This document shows, in pieces, positions 11,400-21,327 of a DNA stretch of 64,000 nucleotides; position 1 is the stretch's first letter; every line of letters begins with the position of its first letter. Source of the stretch: Candidatus Bathyarchaeota archaeon (GTDB lineage: Archaea > Thermoproteota > Bathyarchaeia > Bathyarchaeales > Bathycorpusculaceae); assembly GCA_963768425.1 (NCBI GenBank), contig CAVYHV010000009.1:214882-278881 (forward strand), written 5' to 3'. The position numbers were made by a program, and so were the translations under genes. The notes beneath the pieces are model-generated. The model was not told the DNA's origin. It searched no databases and worked only from the letters and a program-made list of their open reading frames with translations.

Positions 11400-12611
11400 T
11401 TATCTTGGGAGGGTTTTTCTTGTTCGCATTGTCAATGCAACGGTGCAAAAAGTTACAGCTACTATTGCTGCCGCAACTGAAATGAGTGCTACATTGCTGA
11501 ACTCTGGAACTTTCGGCGTGGGAGTTGAGCTTGTAGAAGTAGAGGTGCCTGTGCTTGACGTGGGTGTAGAGGTTGGGTTGGAAGTCCCACTCGATGGATC
11601 TGATATCACCGCTAGGCTGCCCATGAAACCTTCTGTAGAACCTCCGTCATTGATTGCGTATATCGTGCTTGTTCCAGAGTCGTAAGCTATGCCGTTGGAT
11701 CCAGTATAAGTATTGGTACCGTTAGTATCCACTGTTCCTACAACATTTTTCGTGCTGTCAGAAATGATTGCGACTGAAGTAAGGTCATTTATGTAAATTT
11801 CTCCTTTGTTAGAATTGTATGCCATGTCGCCTAATGTGACTGACGTTGGCAAGTCGATGGTTGCAACAACCTTGTTGGTGCTGTCTGAGATAACTTGGAT
11901 ATTGTAGGTATGTAAGCCTGTGTTTGAATCGAAAACTGAGCCTGCAACGAAAATTTCGCCCTTGCCGGAATCATAGGCTAAGTAATCGGGGGCGCTACTG
12001 ATCGGTATAGTAGTGGTGACGGCATTTGTGTTGGCTGATATAACGTTAACAACGGCGGAGCCTTCGCTTCCCGTTGCAGCGAATATCTCGCTTTTGGCTG
12101 AATCGTCAACCATCCCTGTTACAGATTGTGTAATGTTAGCTATGATGGTGTTAGTGCTGTCCGAGATGACTGCGATGTTCCCATTGTAAGACATGAATAC
12201 TTCACCTGTTTTGGGATCGAAAGCTGCTAGCTCTAAACCGTTTGTGTCACTTACGTTTGCAACAATTGTGTTGGTGGCGTCTGAAATGGCGTATGCTCCG
12301 GTGGCGTCTGCTACCCATATCTCGCCTTTGACGGAATCGTAGGCTAAGTTGAAGGGAGCACCTGCGTACTGCGTAAGCGCTGTTACGTCGGCAACTTGTT
12401 GGTTGGTGCTGTCTGAGATAACTTGGATATCGCCGCCATAGTAGTTATCGACGAAAATCTCATGCATGGCAGGATCATATACTACTCCTATAGGACCGAC
12501 TCCCGTTGTTATAGTGGTTGTCAATGACGCGGCGTGGACTGAGCCAGCAATAGACAACATAAAGATAACTATTGAAAGCAAACCTAAGAGTTTCCAAATT
12601 TTGACTTTCAT
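11400..12611 (-). CDS. YncE/YVTN-type beta-propeller surface protein with PEF-CTERM sorting signal
   Basis: Repeats AYDSxKGEI(F/W)V...VISDSTNxVVA; S/T linker; VPEFS + TM + basic tail. Confidence 0.85.
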   Translation of the reverse strand: MKVKIWKLLGLLSIVIFMLSIAGSVHAASLTTTITTGVGPIGVVYDPAMHEIFVDNYYGGDIQVISDSTNQQVADVTALTQYAGAPFNLAYDSVKGEIWVADATGAYAISDATNTIVANVSDTNGLELAAFDPKTGEVFMSYNGNIAVISDSTNTIIANITQSVTGMVDDSAKSEIFAATGSEGSAVVNVISANTNAVTTTIPISSAPDYLAYDSGKGEIFVAGSVFDSNTGLHTYNIQVISDSTNKVVATIDLPTSVTLGDMAYNSNKGEIYINDLTSVAIISDSTKNVVGTVDTNGTNTYTGSNGIAYDSGTSTIYAINDGGSTEGFMGSLAVISDPSSGTSNPTSTPTSSTGTSTSTSSTPTPKVPEFSNVALISVAAAIVAVTFCTVALTMRTRKTLPR

Positions 12612-13078
12612 ATGTATTCCTTAACCTTTCATTTTATAGCTTGCACTTGATGTGAAAGCAATATCTCAGTGTGTTAATTCCGAATTGATATAAAAAACTT
12701 TACGGAAAATTCCTTAATACTTTCTAGGTCAACAACTGCGACTTTGTGCGCCAGAGAACTCACGATTTTGATTAATGCCTAATTCGATGAGTGATCCGCC
12801 GAGGGTTCTTACTGTATAGAGTGGAATGAAAATAGAGGGTGGGTCGAACGCTATTTTATGGGAAAGGAAACCCGGGACGCCACTTAGCCGAGAAAGGATT
12901 AGGGAGAAGAATTGAAATATTTATTCCATGCGTCAAAACCTGTTTCCGCAAATGGCCAGCATCTTTTTTGGTTTCCTTTTTGGATTTATGGGTTCTTTTA
13001 GAAGGAATGTTTCGAGATTGGAAATATCAAAGATATAGCTGAAAACAGTTGAGAACTAGAAAAGGAGACACAGAACTA

Positions 13079-13282
13079 ATGAAGTGTGGTAGGCGTTCTG
13101 AGGAATGTTGCAAAGAAGCCAAATTCGAAGTTGACGTTTACGCGGTGAAGCGGGTGGATAAAGGCAGATTCTTTCGATATGAACGGAGCAGTAAGCTTAG
13201 CAAGCTATTTTTCTGTGAAGACCATGCGGCTCCTTTTTATCAGGATAAATTGAACTATGAAATAACTGAACTGAAAAAGTGA
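13079..13282 (+). CDS. Small Cys/His hypothetical protein
   Basis: MKCGRRSEECCKEA...FFCEDHA; GGAG SD upstream. Confidence 0.55.
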   Translation: MKCGRRSEECCKEAKFEVDVYAVKRVDKGRFFRYERSSKLSKLFFCEDHAAPFYQDKLNYEITELKK

Positions 13283-13423
13283 CGCAAAAAATACGCGTGA
13301 TAGGTTGAAGGTGGCCGCTGAAATATTGCTGTGTTATGTACACTGAGAGCTAACAGCCTAAAGCTTAAACTCTCAAAAAAACTGAGGTGGAATTTGTTTA
13401 ATAGCTTGTTTGTAAAGGTTGCA

Positions 13424-13555
13424 TTAGTTTTTGCAGTCGACTAGATGGGCTGTGCCGTCTGGACAAAAGACTTTCTCGCCTACGCAAACCCGTTTGAAAC
13501 GGCGTTTGCACTCAGAAAGTTGTCTTTCGCATCCGTCACAATCACGAGATAGCAT
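13424..13555 (-). CDS. Small Cys-rich protein (43 aa)
   Basis: MLSRDCDGCERQLSECKRRFKRVCVGEKVFCPDGTAHLVDCKN; GAGGTGA SD directly upstream; below the ORF-track size cutoff. Confidence 0.6.
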   Translation of the reverse strand: MLSRDCDGCERQLSECKRRFKRVCVGEKVFCPDGTAHLVDCKN

Positions 13556-13816
13556 CTTGTCACCTCATCATTTTAATATTAAATCGTAAGTAATGTAATA
13601 TCATATAATTAAAGATTATCGTTTTACAATCATTTATGGATAATTTGTCCTACCAGATCGTTACCCATTGATTAATTGCTTCGTTGCATTTCATTTCTTT
13701 TAGTTCTTCACAATTTGCCTTGGGTTCGTTTGGCGTGTATCCATGCTGAATAACCTTTATTAAGACTTACTACACAAGTTATACTTGCAGCAGACCCACT
13801 GATGTAAGAGGGTAAC

Positions 13817-14890
13817 ATGCAAAAACGGATACTTTCAATAAAAACAGCAGTAGTGGCGTTAGTGCGGGAAGTTCCAATCCGGATAAAAGGATTAGTTGCA
13901 GGTTTAAAGTCAAAGCTTCCGGGGACGGCGTCGGTAGCGGCGTTAGTGCGGGAAGTTCCAATCCGGATAAAAGGATTAGTTGCAGGTTTAAAGTCAAAGC
14001 TTCCGGGGACGGCGTCGGTAGCGGCGTTAGTGCGGGAAGTTCCAATCCGGATAAAAGGATTAGTCGTAGGTCTAAAGTCAAAGCTTCCGGGGACGGCGTC
14101 GGTAGCGGCGTTAGTGCGGGAAGTTCCAATCCGGATAAAAGGATTAGTCGTAGGTCTAAAGTCAAAGCTTCCGGGGACGGCGTCGGTAGCGGCGTTAGTA
14201 CGGGAAGTTACATTCTATGAACAGTTAAAAAAAGCCACGCAGCTTTCTAAACCACATAATGACAAGTCAAAAAAGCTTGAAGTGACAGCGTCAAAACCGA
14301 AGATTCCGAAAACAACTCACGTGGCAGGTTCAAAACGAAAACTATCAAAAACAACCTTGGTAGTTGTTTCATTAGTTATGATAGGACTGGCTTTATCGGT
14401 TACCACTTTTGCTGTCATCACCAACTCGCCAATTCCGTCTTCAGCTGATATATTGAAAACTTTACCAAACGTTTCCAATAGCACTGCCACACAATCACCA
14501 AACGTGGCCAGTAGCCTATCATCAAAGTCAAACGTGCTTTCCAATGGGGCAGTGACAACATCGGCGAACTGTGGCTTGTATTCTGACAGCGCGTGCATCA
14601 CACCATTGAGCTCCATAGACTGGGGAATTTTAACCGCTGGAGGAACTGTCACTCAAACAATCTACGTCAAAAACACAGGCAGCGGCCTTCCGCTAACTTT
14701 GAACATGACGACAACTAATTGGAGTCCAGCAAGCGCAAATGGACCAATAACTGTAACATGGGACCAAGAAGGCACAGTATTATCGCCTGGGCAATCGATA
14801 GCTGCAACCCTAACATTGGCTGTCTCCTCGAGCGAGATTGGGCTCGCAAACTTCGGTGTCCAAATATCTATAACAGGCACAAATTCCTGA
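13817..14890 (+). CDS. Membrane/secreted Ig-like (pilin-like) protein with N-terminal 28-aa tandem repeats
   Basis: TM segment followed by the domain GLYSDSACITPLSSIDWG...ISITGTN, which is paralogous to 16210..16668. Confidence 0.7.
   Translation: MQKRILSIKTAVVALVREVPIRIKGLVAGLKSKLPGTASVAALVREVPIRIKGLVAGLKSKLPGTASVAALVREVPIRIKGLVVGLKSKLPGTASVAALVREVPIRIKGLVVGLKSKLPGTASVAALVREVTFYEQLKKATQLSKPHNDKSKKLEVTASKPKIPKTTHVAGSKRKLSKTTLVVVSLVMIGLALSVTTFAVITNSPIPSSADILKTLPNVSNSTATQSPNVASSLSSKSNVLSNGAVTTSANCGLYSDSACITPLSSIDWGILTAGGTVTQTIYVKNTGSGLPLTLNMTTTNWSPASANGPITVTWDQEGTVLSPGQSIAATLTLAVSSSEIGLANFGVQISITGTNS
13850..14209 (+). repeat. 84-bp coding tandem repeat, about 4.3 near-identical copies
   Basis: Unit encodes VAALVREVPIRIKGLV(A/V)GLKSKLPGTAS. 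Confidence 0.95.
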
Positions 14891-15122
14891 CCCTTTCAAC
14901 CTAAGTCAGCATAACAACCTTTAGCGTCAAAATTACGTCTCAACAGTACAAATTAGCTTCAAGAAACTTTCTCAAACTATTTTTTCTCGAAACTAGCCCA
15001 TTAGCTTAAGCCTTATACAGATTGATGAATTTCTACTTCGAAATTATTCAAAAATGGTATGCAAAAATTTATATGAATTAGCAGCCGATAAGACGCCAGT
15101 TGTGGCGCGGAGAAGATTGGGA

Positions 15123-15782
15123 ATGGAAAAAACGATGCGGAAATTGTGTTTGGTCGTTTTTGTTACGGTTTTTGTGGTTATTATGTTTTCTTTTTCGCCG
15201 TTTGTTGCCCTGGCGCAGTATGAGACTACAAAGACAGCTGATTTTACTATTCCATCTTCTGGCACAAGTTATATCGATCTAAGTACCACCCCAGGCGGAG
15301 TTTCGATTGATATATCTGGCACAATTTATGCAACTGGATTAGTATCCGCTGCCGCTTACGCTGGAAATCCACAACCACACGCCTCTTGGCCTGTTAAGGT
15401 TACATTGACCCGCTTTGTTGATGTCACAATTAGTATGGATGCGAGTTATTTTAAAACTGCAAACTTGACGATATCTTACAGCAATTCCGACGTTGTGGGA
15501 ATAAATCCGCCTTATTCACTTTACAAGTATGATTCTGAATCTAACACCTACGTTCCACTCAATAGTACTGTTGATGACTCAGCGAAAACCATAACTACCA
15601 CATTAGCAAGCGTCAATGATCCCCTTTTTGCCATAGGTGGCACAACTGCTGTAGTTGTCACCCCAACCCCTGTAGCCCACTCTAATCAACAATGGATCTG
15701 GCTGATAGTGGCAACCGTCATCATAATTATTGCGCTCACTGCTGCCCTGCTGATATTCCGTCGCAAAGCTTCGAATGCATGA
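15123..15782 (+). CDS. Secreted, C-terminally anchored surface protein
   Basis: Signal peptide, beta-rich domain (LYKYD...STVD...TITTT), C-terminal TM plus RRK. Confidence 0.7.
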   Translation: MEKTMRKLCLVVFVTVFVVIMFSFSPFVALAQYETTKTADFTIPSSGTSYIDLSTTPGGVSIDISGTIYATGLVSAAAYAGNPQPHASWPVKVTLTRFVDVTISMDASYFKTANLTISYSNSDVVGINPPYSLYKYDSESNTYVPLNSTVDDSAKTITTTLASVNDPLFAIGGTTAVVVTPTPVAHSNQQWIWLIVATVIIIIALTAALLIFRRKASNA

Positions 15783-16209
15783 GGGATGTTTCAACAAAAT
15801 ATCTGCATTGTTAATTTTGACGCCACCAGAATGAGGTTCAATCTCTTTTTGATTTGGTTTTTGTTATATTACCATTTAGGAAACATGACCTATATACTCT
15901 CCTGGATATCTGTTTGCTTAAGGAGAGAAAGGCGATCGGGGAGAAGGGAAGGCTTCCATACTGCTTTTGAGATAACGATGTTACTGCAAGCCTTAACAGA
16001 TAACGAGGAAACTAAAATGACCCAAGAAACTACGGATGAAATTCGAGCACCGAGTTTGTGGAGAAATATTCTTTCGGTCATTCTGCCTCGGGCTCTATTT
16101 AACTGAGAATTCCTGGACCTGTAGTTTAGTTGTTCACTTGTACGGCAAGCTCATTCTACCTATAATGTTTATTAAGTCTCACGATACAACACACTTATCG
16201 AGGGGTACC

Positions 16210-16668
16210 GTGCCGAAACGTAAAGTCACAATAATTGTTGCGTTAGCAGCATTAATAATGATCGGCGTATCTTTAACACTGCTCACCTTTGCAACTCTTA
16301 CCACATCTACAACCTTAACATCAACCGGTTCCGTGTCTACAACGGCAAACTTGGGCCTATACTCCGACAGCGGATGCACAACACCCCTGAACTCCATAAA
16401 CTGGGGAACAGTAACAGCAGGTGGCAACGTCACTAAAACAATCTACATCAAAAACATCAGCAGCGGCTTAGCATTAACACTAAACATGGCTACCAGCAAC
16501 TGGAGCCCGTCAAACTCAAATGAATACCTGACCATCTCTTGGAACCAAAACGGCACCAGACTCCAACCCTGCGCGTCAACATCCGCAACCTTAACTATGA
16601 TAGTCTCTCCAGCGGAAGTTGGAATCACAACCTTCAACGTCCAAATATCAATCACCGGTACAAACTAG
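16210..16668 (+). CDS. Secreted Ig-like (pilin-like) protein, paralog of the 13817 C-terminal domain
   Basis: GTG start with GAGGGG SD; hydrophobic N-terminus; GLYSDSGCTTPLNSINWG...ISITGTN. Confidence 0.75.
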   Translation: MPKRKVTIIVALAALIMIGVSLTLLTFATLTTSTTLTSTGSVSTTANLGLYSDSGCTTPLNSINWGTVTAGGNVTKTIYIKNISSGLALTLNMATSNWSPSNSNEYLTISWNQNGTRLQPCASTSATLTMIVSPAEVGITTFNVQISITGTN

Positions 16669-16876
16669 CCAAAATTTCGGCTAATAATTTTTTGTATTTC
16701 TTCAAGTACGCTGTTATGCTCATGTAGTGCAGGTTTCTTTGGAGTGCCTAATGTATACCAAGAAATCTTATTTCCCCCGCAGATGAGTAAGAAAATACTT
16801 GACGTTAGCGGCAACAAGTTGGAGGGATTTAGCTATTTATTTAGCGATCTTGGCGGCTTTTCTTAGCGGCAGTTTT

Positions 16877-17059
16877 TTAGGTTTTTAGGCTATGCTCGGG
16901 CAAAAGAACTGTTAGGGCGATATTTTCTTTTATTTTGGCTAAGTTCGGTTTTAGTTTTTCCTTTCTCTTTCCAATCCAGTAAAGGCTCCATCCTAAGCAC
17001 CAAATAAAAACTGCCATTGGTATTGCGAGCAATAATAATGCCCGTCTACTCTTTCGCAT
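16877..17059 (-). CDS. Small membrane protein
   Basis: Single TM helix, 60 aa. Confidence 0.55.
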   Translation of the reverse strand: MRKSRRALLLLAIPMAVFIWCLGWSLYWIGKRKEKLKPNLAKIKENIALTVLLPEHSLKT

Positions 17060-17411
17060 AATCTGTTATTATTCTGGTGTCTTTATAACAATTTATGATA
17101 CGTAAATGTATATGTCAATCATCTGCGCATAAAATTAAGAAGCAATTATTCAATTGAATAACCATTTTGCGTGCAACACAACTAAGACCAACCTTAACCG
17201 AAAAACATGAGACAACCAAACCATAACTAACAATTCAACTAACAGCTTTTCTGGTGTTACTGCTGTTGTTGGCAGTGACTTAATGGCAATTTTCAGAATC
17301 TAATTGATGGAAGACCGCTCATAGACGTCTCTCATAGAACTCGATGCTCTTTATTCTAGAATAATCATTAAATAGTTCGGGATAGACAGAGGGCTTGAGG
17401 GCAAGAGCAAA

Positions 17412-17861
17412 GTGATTGCCAGCGAGACATCCGCCACTTCATCAAGCGAACCTTGTGAGAGCAAAGCGCAAGCTCAGAAAAAGCTGGTTGAGGAAATCAG
17501 GGTTCAATGGAAGCTTTTATGGAATGAACGGTTCGACGATAAAAAGCTGGCTGAAGGAGTCTCACTTAATGATTATTCAATCTTGCATGTTGAGAGAGGC
17601 ACGGTCATTCATGCAACAAGGAACTTCAAAGCCCTAAGTTTCAAAGAGATTCTCGACACAAACATGGTGCAAAACCCCGAACGCTACATTCCGCCATCAA
17701 CAAGCGTAGGCGGCTGGGGCAAATTCATAAAGAAAGAAATAACTAATCAAAGTAACCAAAAACGCGGAGGACGCGCTGCTTCGTATCTTGCTGAAAAACC
17801 AAGTAAACCTACGTCGCAGCAGCCCAAAAAAGGCGGACGCGGATGGCTTCACTCCACCTGA
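17412..17861 (+). CDS. Hypothetical protein
   Basis: 149 aa ORF with motifs VERGTVIHATR, GGWGKFIK, KKGGRGWLH. Confidence 0.65.
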   Translation: MIASETSATSSSEPCESKAQAQKKLVEEIRVQWKLLWNERFDDKKLAEGVSLNDYSILHVERGTVIHATRNFKALSFKEILDTNMVQNPERYIPPSTSVGGWGKFIKKEITNQSNQKRGGRAASYLAEKPSKPTSQQPKKGGRGWLHST

Positions 17862-17930
17862 TTTTGCAACCAAAAACTTAGTTACGCAAATCGTTTTACC
17901 AATAATCTTAATTTGAATCTAGCGAGTCGT

Positions 17931-18500
17931 TTATGGCTTATTTCTTAGCCAGATGGGGTTTCCATTTATCACTTCTCTTTGCTGTGGCTCAGACCAAGGC
18001 AAGTCCAAGGCTGAAAAAACGCTTTCCTCTGTCTCTCCTGCAACTGCGGCTTCATCTTTCATCAGTCCGGTGCTGTATTTTAGCCTGTATCCTTTGGATA
18101 AGGCGTATCCTGCTAACCACATGTTGTGGTCTGCTGATCCTGTACGGATTAGCTCTTGAATGCCGAATGTCTGCTGGGTTGCCCGGTAGAAGTCAACTTG
18201 GAAGAAACACGCTTCGACGGGATAGTTGAGTTTTATTAGACTTGGGCCTTGGCAGATTACTTTTGTTTTTTTCAGCGTCCAAACAATTTTGGACCAGTTG
18301 CCATCTGTCGCCGTTGCAACGAAGTCGATGTCGCCGACCTGCGGCTTGCGGCGTCTGATGCTCCCGACTATTTTGAGTTTGCTGCACAGCGGCTTGATTG
18401 TTTCTTCAACTTGGATGGCGACTGCATGTGCCTTTGCATGTTCCAGAGAACTTAGAACCGCTGGTTCCTGCTCTGAACCGAACAGTTTAGCTTGCTTCAT
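17931..18500 (-). CDS. Minimal family X DNA polymerase / Pol beta-like nucleotidyltransferase
   Basis: GSIRR, GDIDF, QVDFY and TGS motifs plus thumb E..VFSALDLPW.EP..RE; about 190 aa. Confidence 0.8.
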   Translation of the reverse strand: MKQAKLFGSEQEPAVLSSLEHAKAHAVAIQVEETIKPLCSKLKIVGSIRRRKPQVGDIDFVATATDGNWSKIVWTLKKTKVICQGPSLIKLNYPVEACFFQVDFYRATQQTFGIQELIRTGSADHNMWLAGYALSKGYRLKYSTGLMKDEAAVAGETEESVFSALDLPWSEPQQREVINGNPIWLRNKP

Positions 18501-18706
18501 AGCCGTCTCCTTGCTGCTTAGGGGACTTTGAGGTGCCTTAAAAAGCGAACGCATAATCTGCTGAACGCGTTAGGAGAGGGGACGGTTAAAGTGAATTCTG
18601 ATCTACCAACGATTGTTATTTTGAAATAGATGTTCCAAAATGTAGATTTAATAAAACGTGTTCCAATACTTGAAATGTCTGGAGCCAAATGCTGGAGACG
18701 CAAAGA

Positions 18707-19189
18707 ATGGACAAAAAAACACTGCTAATCTTTGTGTTGATATCGATTCTTGCTTTTTCAGTTTTCGTCAGTATTTACCTTAGTAGCCCTCTCAGTCAAG
18801 AAACACGCTTCTACATTAAATTCGGAGTGGTTCCCATGTCCAACTTTGCTTATCCGTTTTCCCCACCGGTCTCAATGTACCGTGCGCTTCAAATCGGCTT
18901 AGAAAGTCTGGGTTATGACAAGATATCGCTGATAGGCATGTCCGTAACTGCGGACTTTGTTTATGCCTTCACGGATTCTGGCGCTTATGCGGGTGGCACC
19001 GGAATAGTCAGAGATGTAACGACCCTACCCGAAAACTACTCATCGACAATAGTAGTCATGGCGGGAGGCTATGAGTATGCTTGGGCAATAACCGTCAATC
19101 ACGCTAGGAACCCAACGAACCCGCCTATTGGGTTTTGCTTGGTGGATGCCCAAACAGGATCGTTACTTCCAAAACCCATCCTGCCTTGA
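18707..19189 (+). CDS. Membrane-anchored hypothetical protein (PepSY-like C-terminus)
   Basis: N-terminal TM; C-terminal YAWAI...LVDAQTGSLL. Confidence 0.6.
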   Translation: MDKKTLLIFVLISILAFSVFVSIYLSSPLSQETRFYIKFGVVPMSNFAYPFSPPVSMYRALQIGLESLGYDKISLIGMSVTADFVYAFTDSGAYAGGTGIVRDVTTLPENYSSTIVVMAGGYEYAWAITVNHARNPTNPPIGFCLVDAQTGSLLPKPILP

Positions 19190-19384
19190 TGAAGAAATCA
19201 GTCGGCACAAACTAATCCGTTTCCCAAACCAATGTATTTAGATTAAATTCTCTTTATCATGCTATCTTAGTCATGGATCAGTTTTTCGGGTCCGGTCAAT
19301 TCTGTCGTGGCTTGGAGAGGCGGGCACAATTGGGTAACTTGCCTGATGTCTGCTACCAGCATCGTTGGATGCGTAGCGGCTGGC

Positions 19385-20218
19385 TTATGGAATTGGATAT
19401 CCTGCTAATCCGACCAAATTTATTGTGTAGCTGTCGACATTGCGGTTAGATGTTGCCATATCAATCTCAACCACATACGTGTCTCCGCTACCCAACCCGA
19501 TTTGAGGTACACCTAAGGGTGGCGCTCCGGGGTTAGTTACGTCCTCTGATTGGATTGTCGTATTCTCAACATATAATTTTGCTGTCAAGCCAAAATACGC
19601 CATCCCCGAACTGTTGCCTGGAAAGTTATCCATTGGAGGTGGTTGCTGTGCCGTATAATCGTTTCTTACAGTGGCCTCAATGATGAAACATGCTTGACCA
19701 TTATATTTTCCATAATAACAATACGATGAAATTAGAAAAAGTTTTGAGCTATCTAAATAGCCAGCATCATTCAATTTTGCAACTGGTCCATTCTGAAGCT
19801 GTTGTACTTGATTAAACTCAACTAAAGCAATTGCTGTGCTTGCAATTAAGAGAAAGGCTAACAGTACAGAAAGAACTTGGAAAAACTTTTTTGAACGATA
19901 AAGACGAGAGTGAGTTTTAACGGAATCTTTTCTTGCAAGAGAAGCATTCTCTACGGTTTGGACGGTTAATAGTGCATCCTTTCCTTGATTGGAGAGACAA
20001 TATTTCCCATGTTCGTCAGTCTTGATTAAGTCTCCTAATTTGTTAAGATGATGTTGGAGCTGCCCGCTGCTTTCAATGGAGGTTTTTTTCTTTAAATCGG
20101 CAAATCCAAGAGCTTCTTCACTTAAAGCCTTTAGAATAACGATCCTTGTGGGATGGCCAAGGGCGTCGAATATTTCTGCTCTTTGTCTATCTCTTTCGAT
20201 ATCTTGTCCCTCTTCCAT
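19385..20218 (-). CDS. ArsR-type wHTH - TM - extracellular domain regulator
   Basis: EIFDALGHPTRIVILKAL...LQHHLNKL...GKYCLS, then a TM helix and an extracellular domain. Confidence 0.8.
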   Translation of the reverse strand: MEEGQDIERDRQRAEIFDALGHPTRIVILKALSEEALGFADLKKKTSIESSGQLQHHLNKLGDLIKTDEHGKYCLSNQGKDALLTVQTVENASLARKDSVKTHSRLYRSKKFFQVLSVLLAFLLIASTAIALVEFNQVQQLQNGPVAKLNDAGYLDSSKLFLISSYCYYGKYNGQACFIIEATVRNDYTAQQPPPMDNFPGNSSGMAYFGLTAKLYVENTTIQSEDVTNPGAPPLGVPQIGLGSGDTYVVEIDMATSNRNVDSYTINLVGLAGYPIP

Positions 20219-20289
20219 TATCGTGCACCTCAAGGCACTCACTACACTTAGCTATTTAATTCCTCGTTTGAAGACTTCCGACTGAAACC

Positions 20290-20308
20290 AAGTCCTGTTT
20301 TCAGGACA
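20290..20308. promoter_or_regulatory. Palindrome GTCCTG-TTTT-CAGGAC, putative operator
   Basis: Perfect 6-bp arms upstream of the ArsR-TM gene; near-identical copy at 21328-21346. Confidence 0.55.
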
Positions 20309-20621
20309 TTAACGATTTAGTTAACAGAGACCTTATATGCGGTCATACCCAAGTTTTACTTCGCTTTCTGAAGTGGCTGCACACCTCAACGCGACCGTGC
20401 GTAATGGCGGAACCGACCATAACAGCTTAGCCACGGCGGAAACATCACTTGAAGCGGTGATGACGGAGGTTTACCGCATAATCCACCTGCAAGATCCAAA
20501 CTATGTGGTTTCAAGTGAGCATTTCCATCCTGAGGCACCCGAAATAGCCATTTGCAGGTTTGATGTTGACACCTTTTACTTCCATATTTCAGCTTCGGGT
20601 TAATGAGCTGAACACAAACAT

Positions 20622-21242
20622 TTATGGTGGTGGTACGGATCCAACATATTCAAGAATTATTTCAAAGCGGTCAATGTCTTGATGGTTTGTAGCTAAGTAG
20701 ATAGTTACTGTGGTGCTATTTCCGCTTTCCAAATTAAACACGAACGCGCCAGGATAGGGAATTGGAGGATAGGGTGGAGTTACATCTGTTGCACTAATTT
20801 GGCCTCGGTTGTTAAAGATTTGCGCTGTTAAGAAAGCGCTTGCACTAGGGTTGCTAAAATTAAAGATGTTGTGATCGGGCAGAGGGTTTTCTGGTGAATA
20901 GTCATTTCTGACTGTTACATTAATTATGAAGCAAGATGCCCCTTTTTGGATACCGGGCGTGCCATCTCTTTGGGGAACTGCTGGTCCTGGGTAAGAGCCG
21001 TAGCTTGGCGTTGCTAAGACCACAAAAATCCTGCTCGCGTTCCCATCATAAGGCAAGTATTGTGGGGCAAATGGCTCTATGTTTAGTATTCTCGGAGTCG
21101 AAACTTGTTTAAGAGGAAAATAAAGAATGATAAAAGTCAACACTGCAAAAACAATAATCAGCGCTATGACTGCTAATTTTAGAATAGTCCCGCTTTTCTT
21201 TTTGCTCTGTGGTTCATCTTTAGTCGCCATATTACCGCTCAC
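20622..21242 (-). CDS. Membrane-anchored protein paralogous to the extracellular domain of the ArsR-TM protein
   Basis: CFIINVTVRNDYS vs CFIIEATVRNDYT; DVT.P and L.SG motifs shared. Confidence 0.75.
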   Translation of the reverse strand: MSGNMATKDEPQSKKKSGTILKLAVIALIIVFAVLTFIILYFPLKQVSTPRILNIEPFAPQYLPYDGNASRIFVVLATPSYGSYPGPAVPQRDGTPGIQKGASCFIINVTVRNDYSPENPLPDHNIFNFSNPSASAFLTAQIFNNRGQISATDVTPPYPPIPYPGAFVFNLESGNSTTVTIYLATNHQDIDRFEIILEYVGSVPPP

Positions 21243-21327
21243 TAAACAAAAGAATCCCTCAATTTAATTCTAAACATTAGAACACCTCAAGAGAAGGTAC
21301 ACCAAAAGTGAATTAAAGCAAGGCATG

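Noticed and set aside
13850-14209. 84-bp repeats as a CRISPR array
   Set aside because: Units are contiguous with no unique spacers, stay in frame within a CDS, and no cas genes are present.
17175-17245. AAC-rich quasi-periodic tract as another copy of the phased element
   Set aside because: Spacing is irregular and the conserved block is not adjacent.
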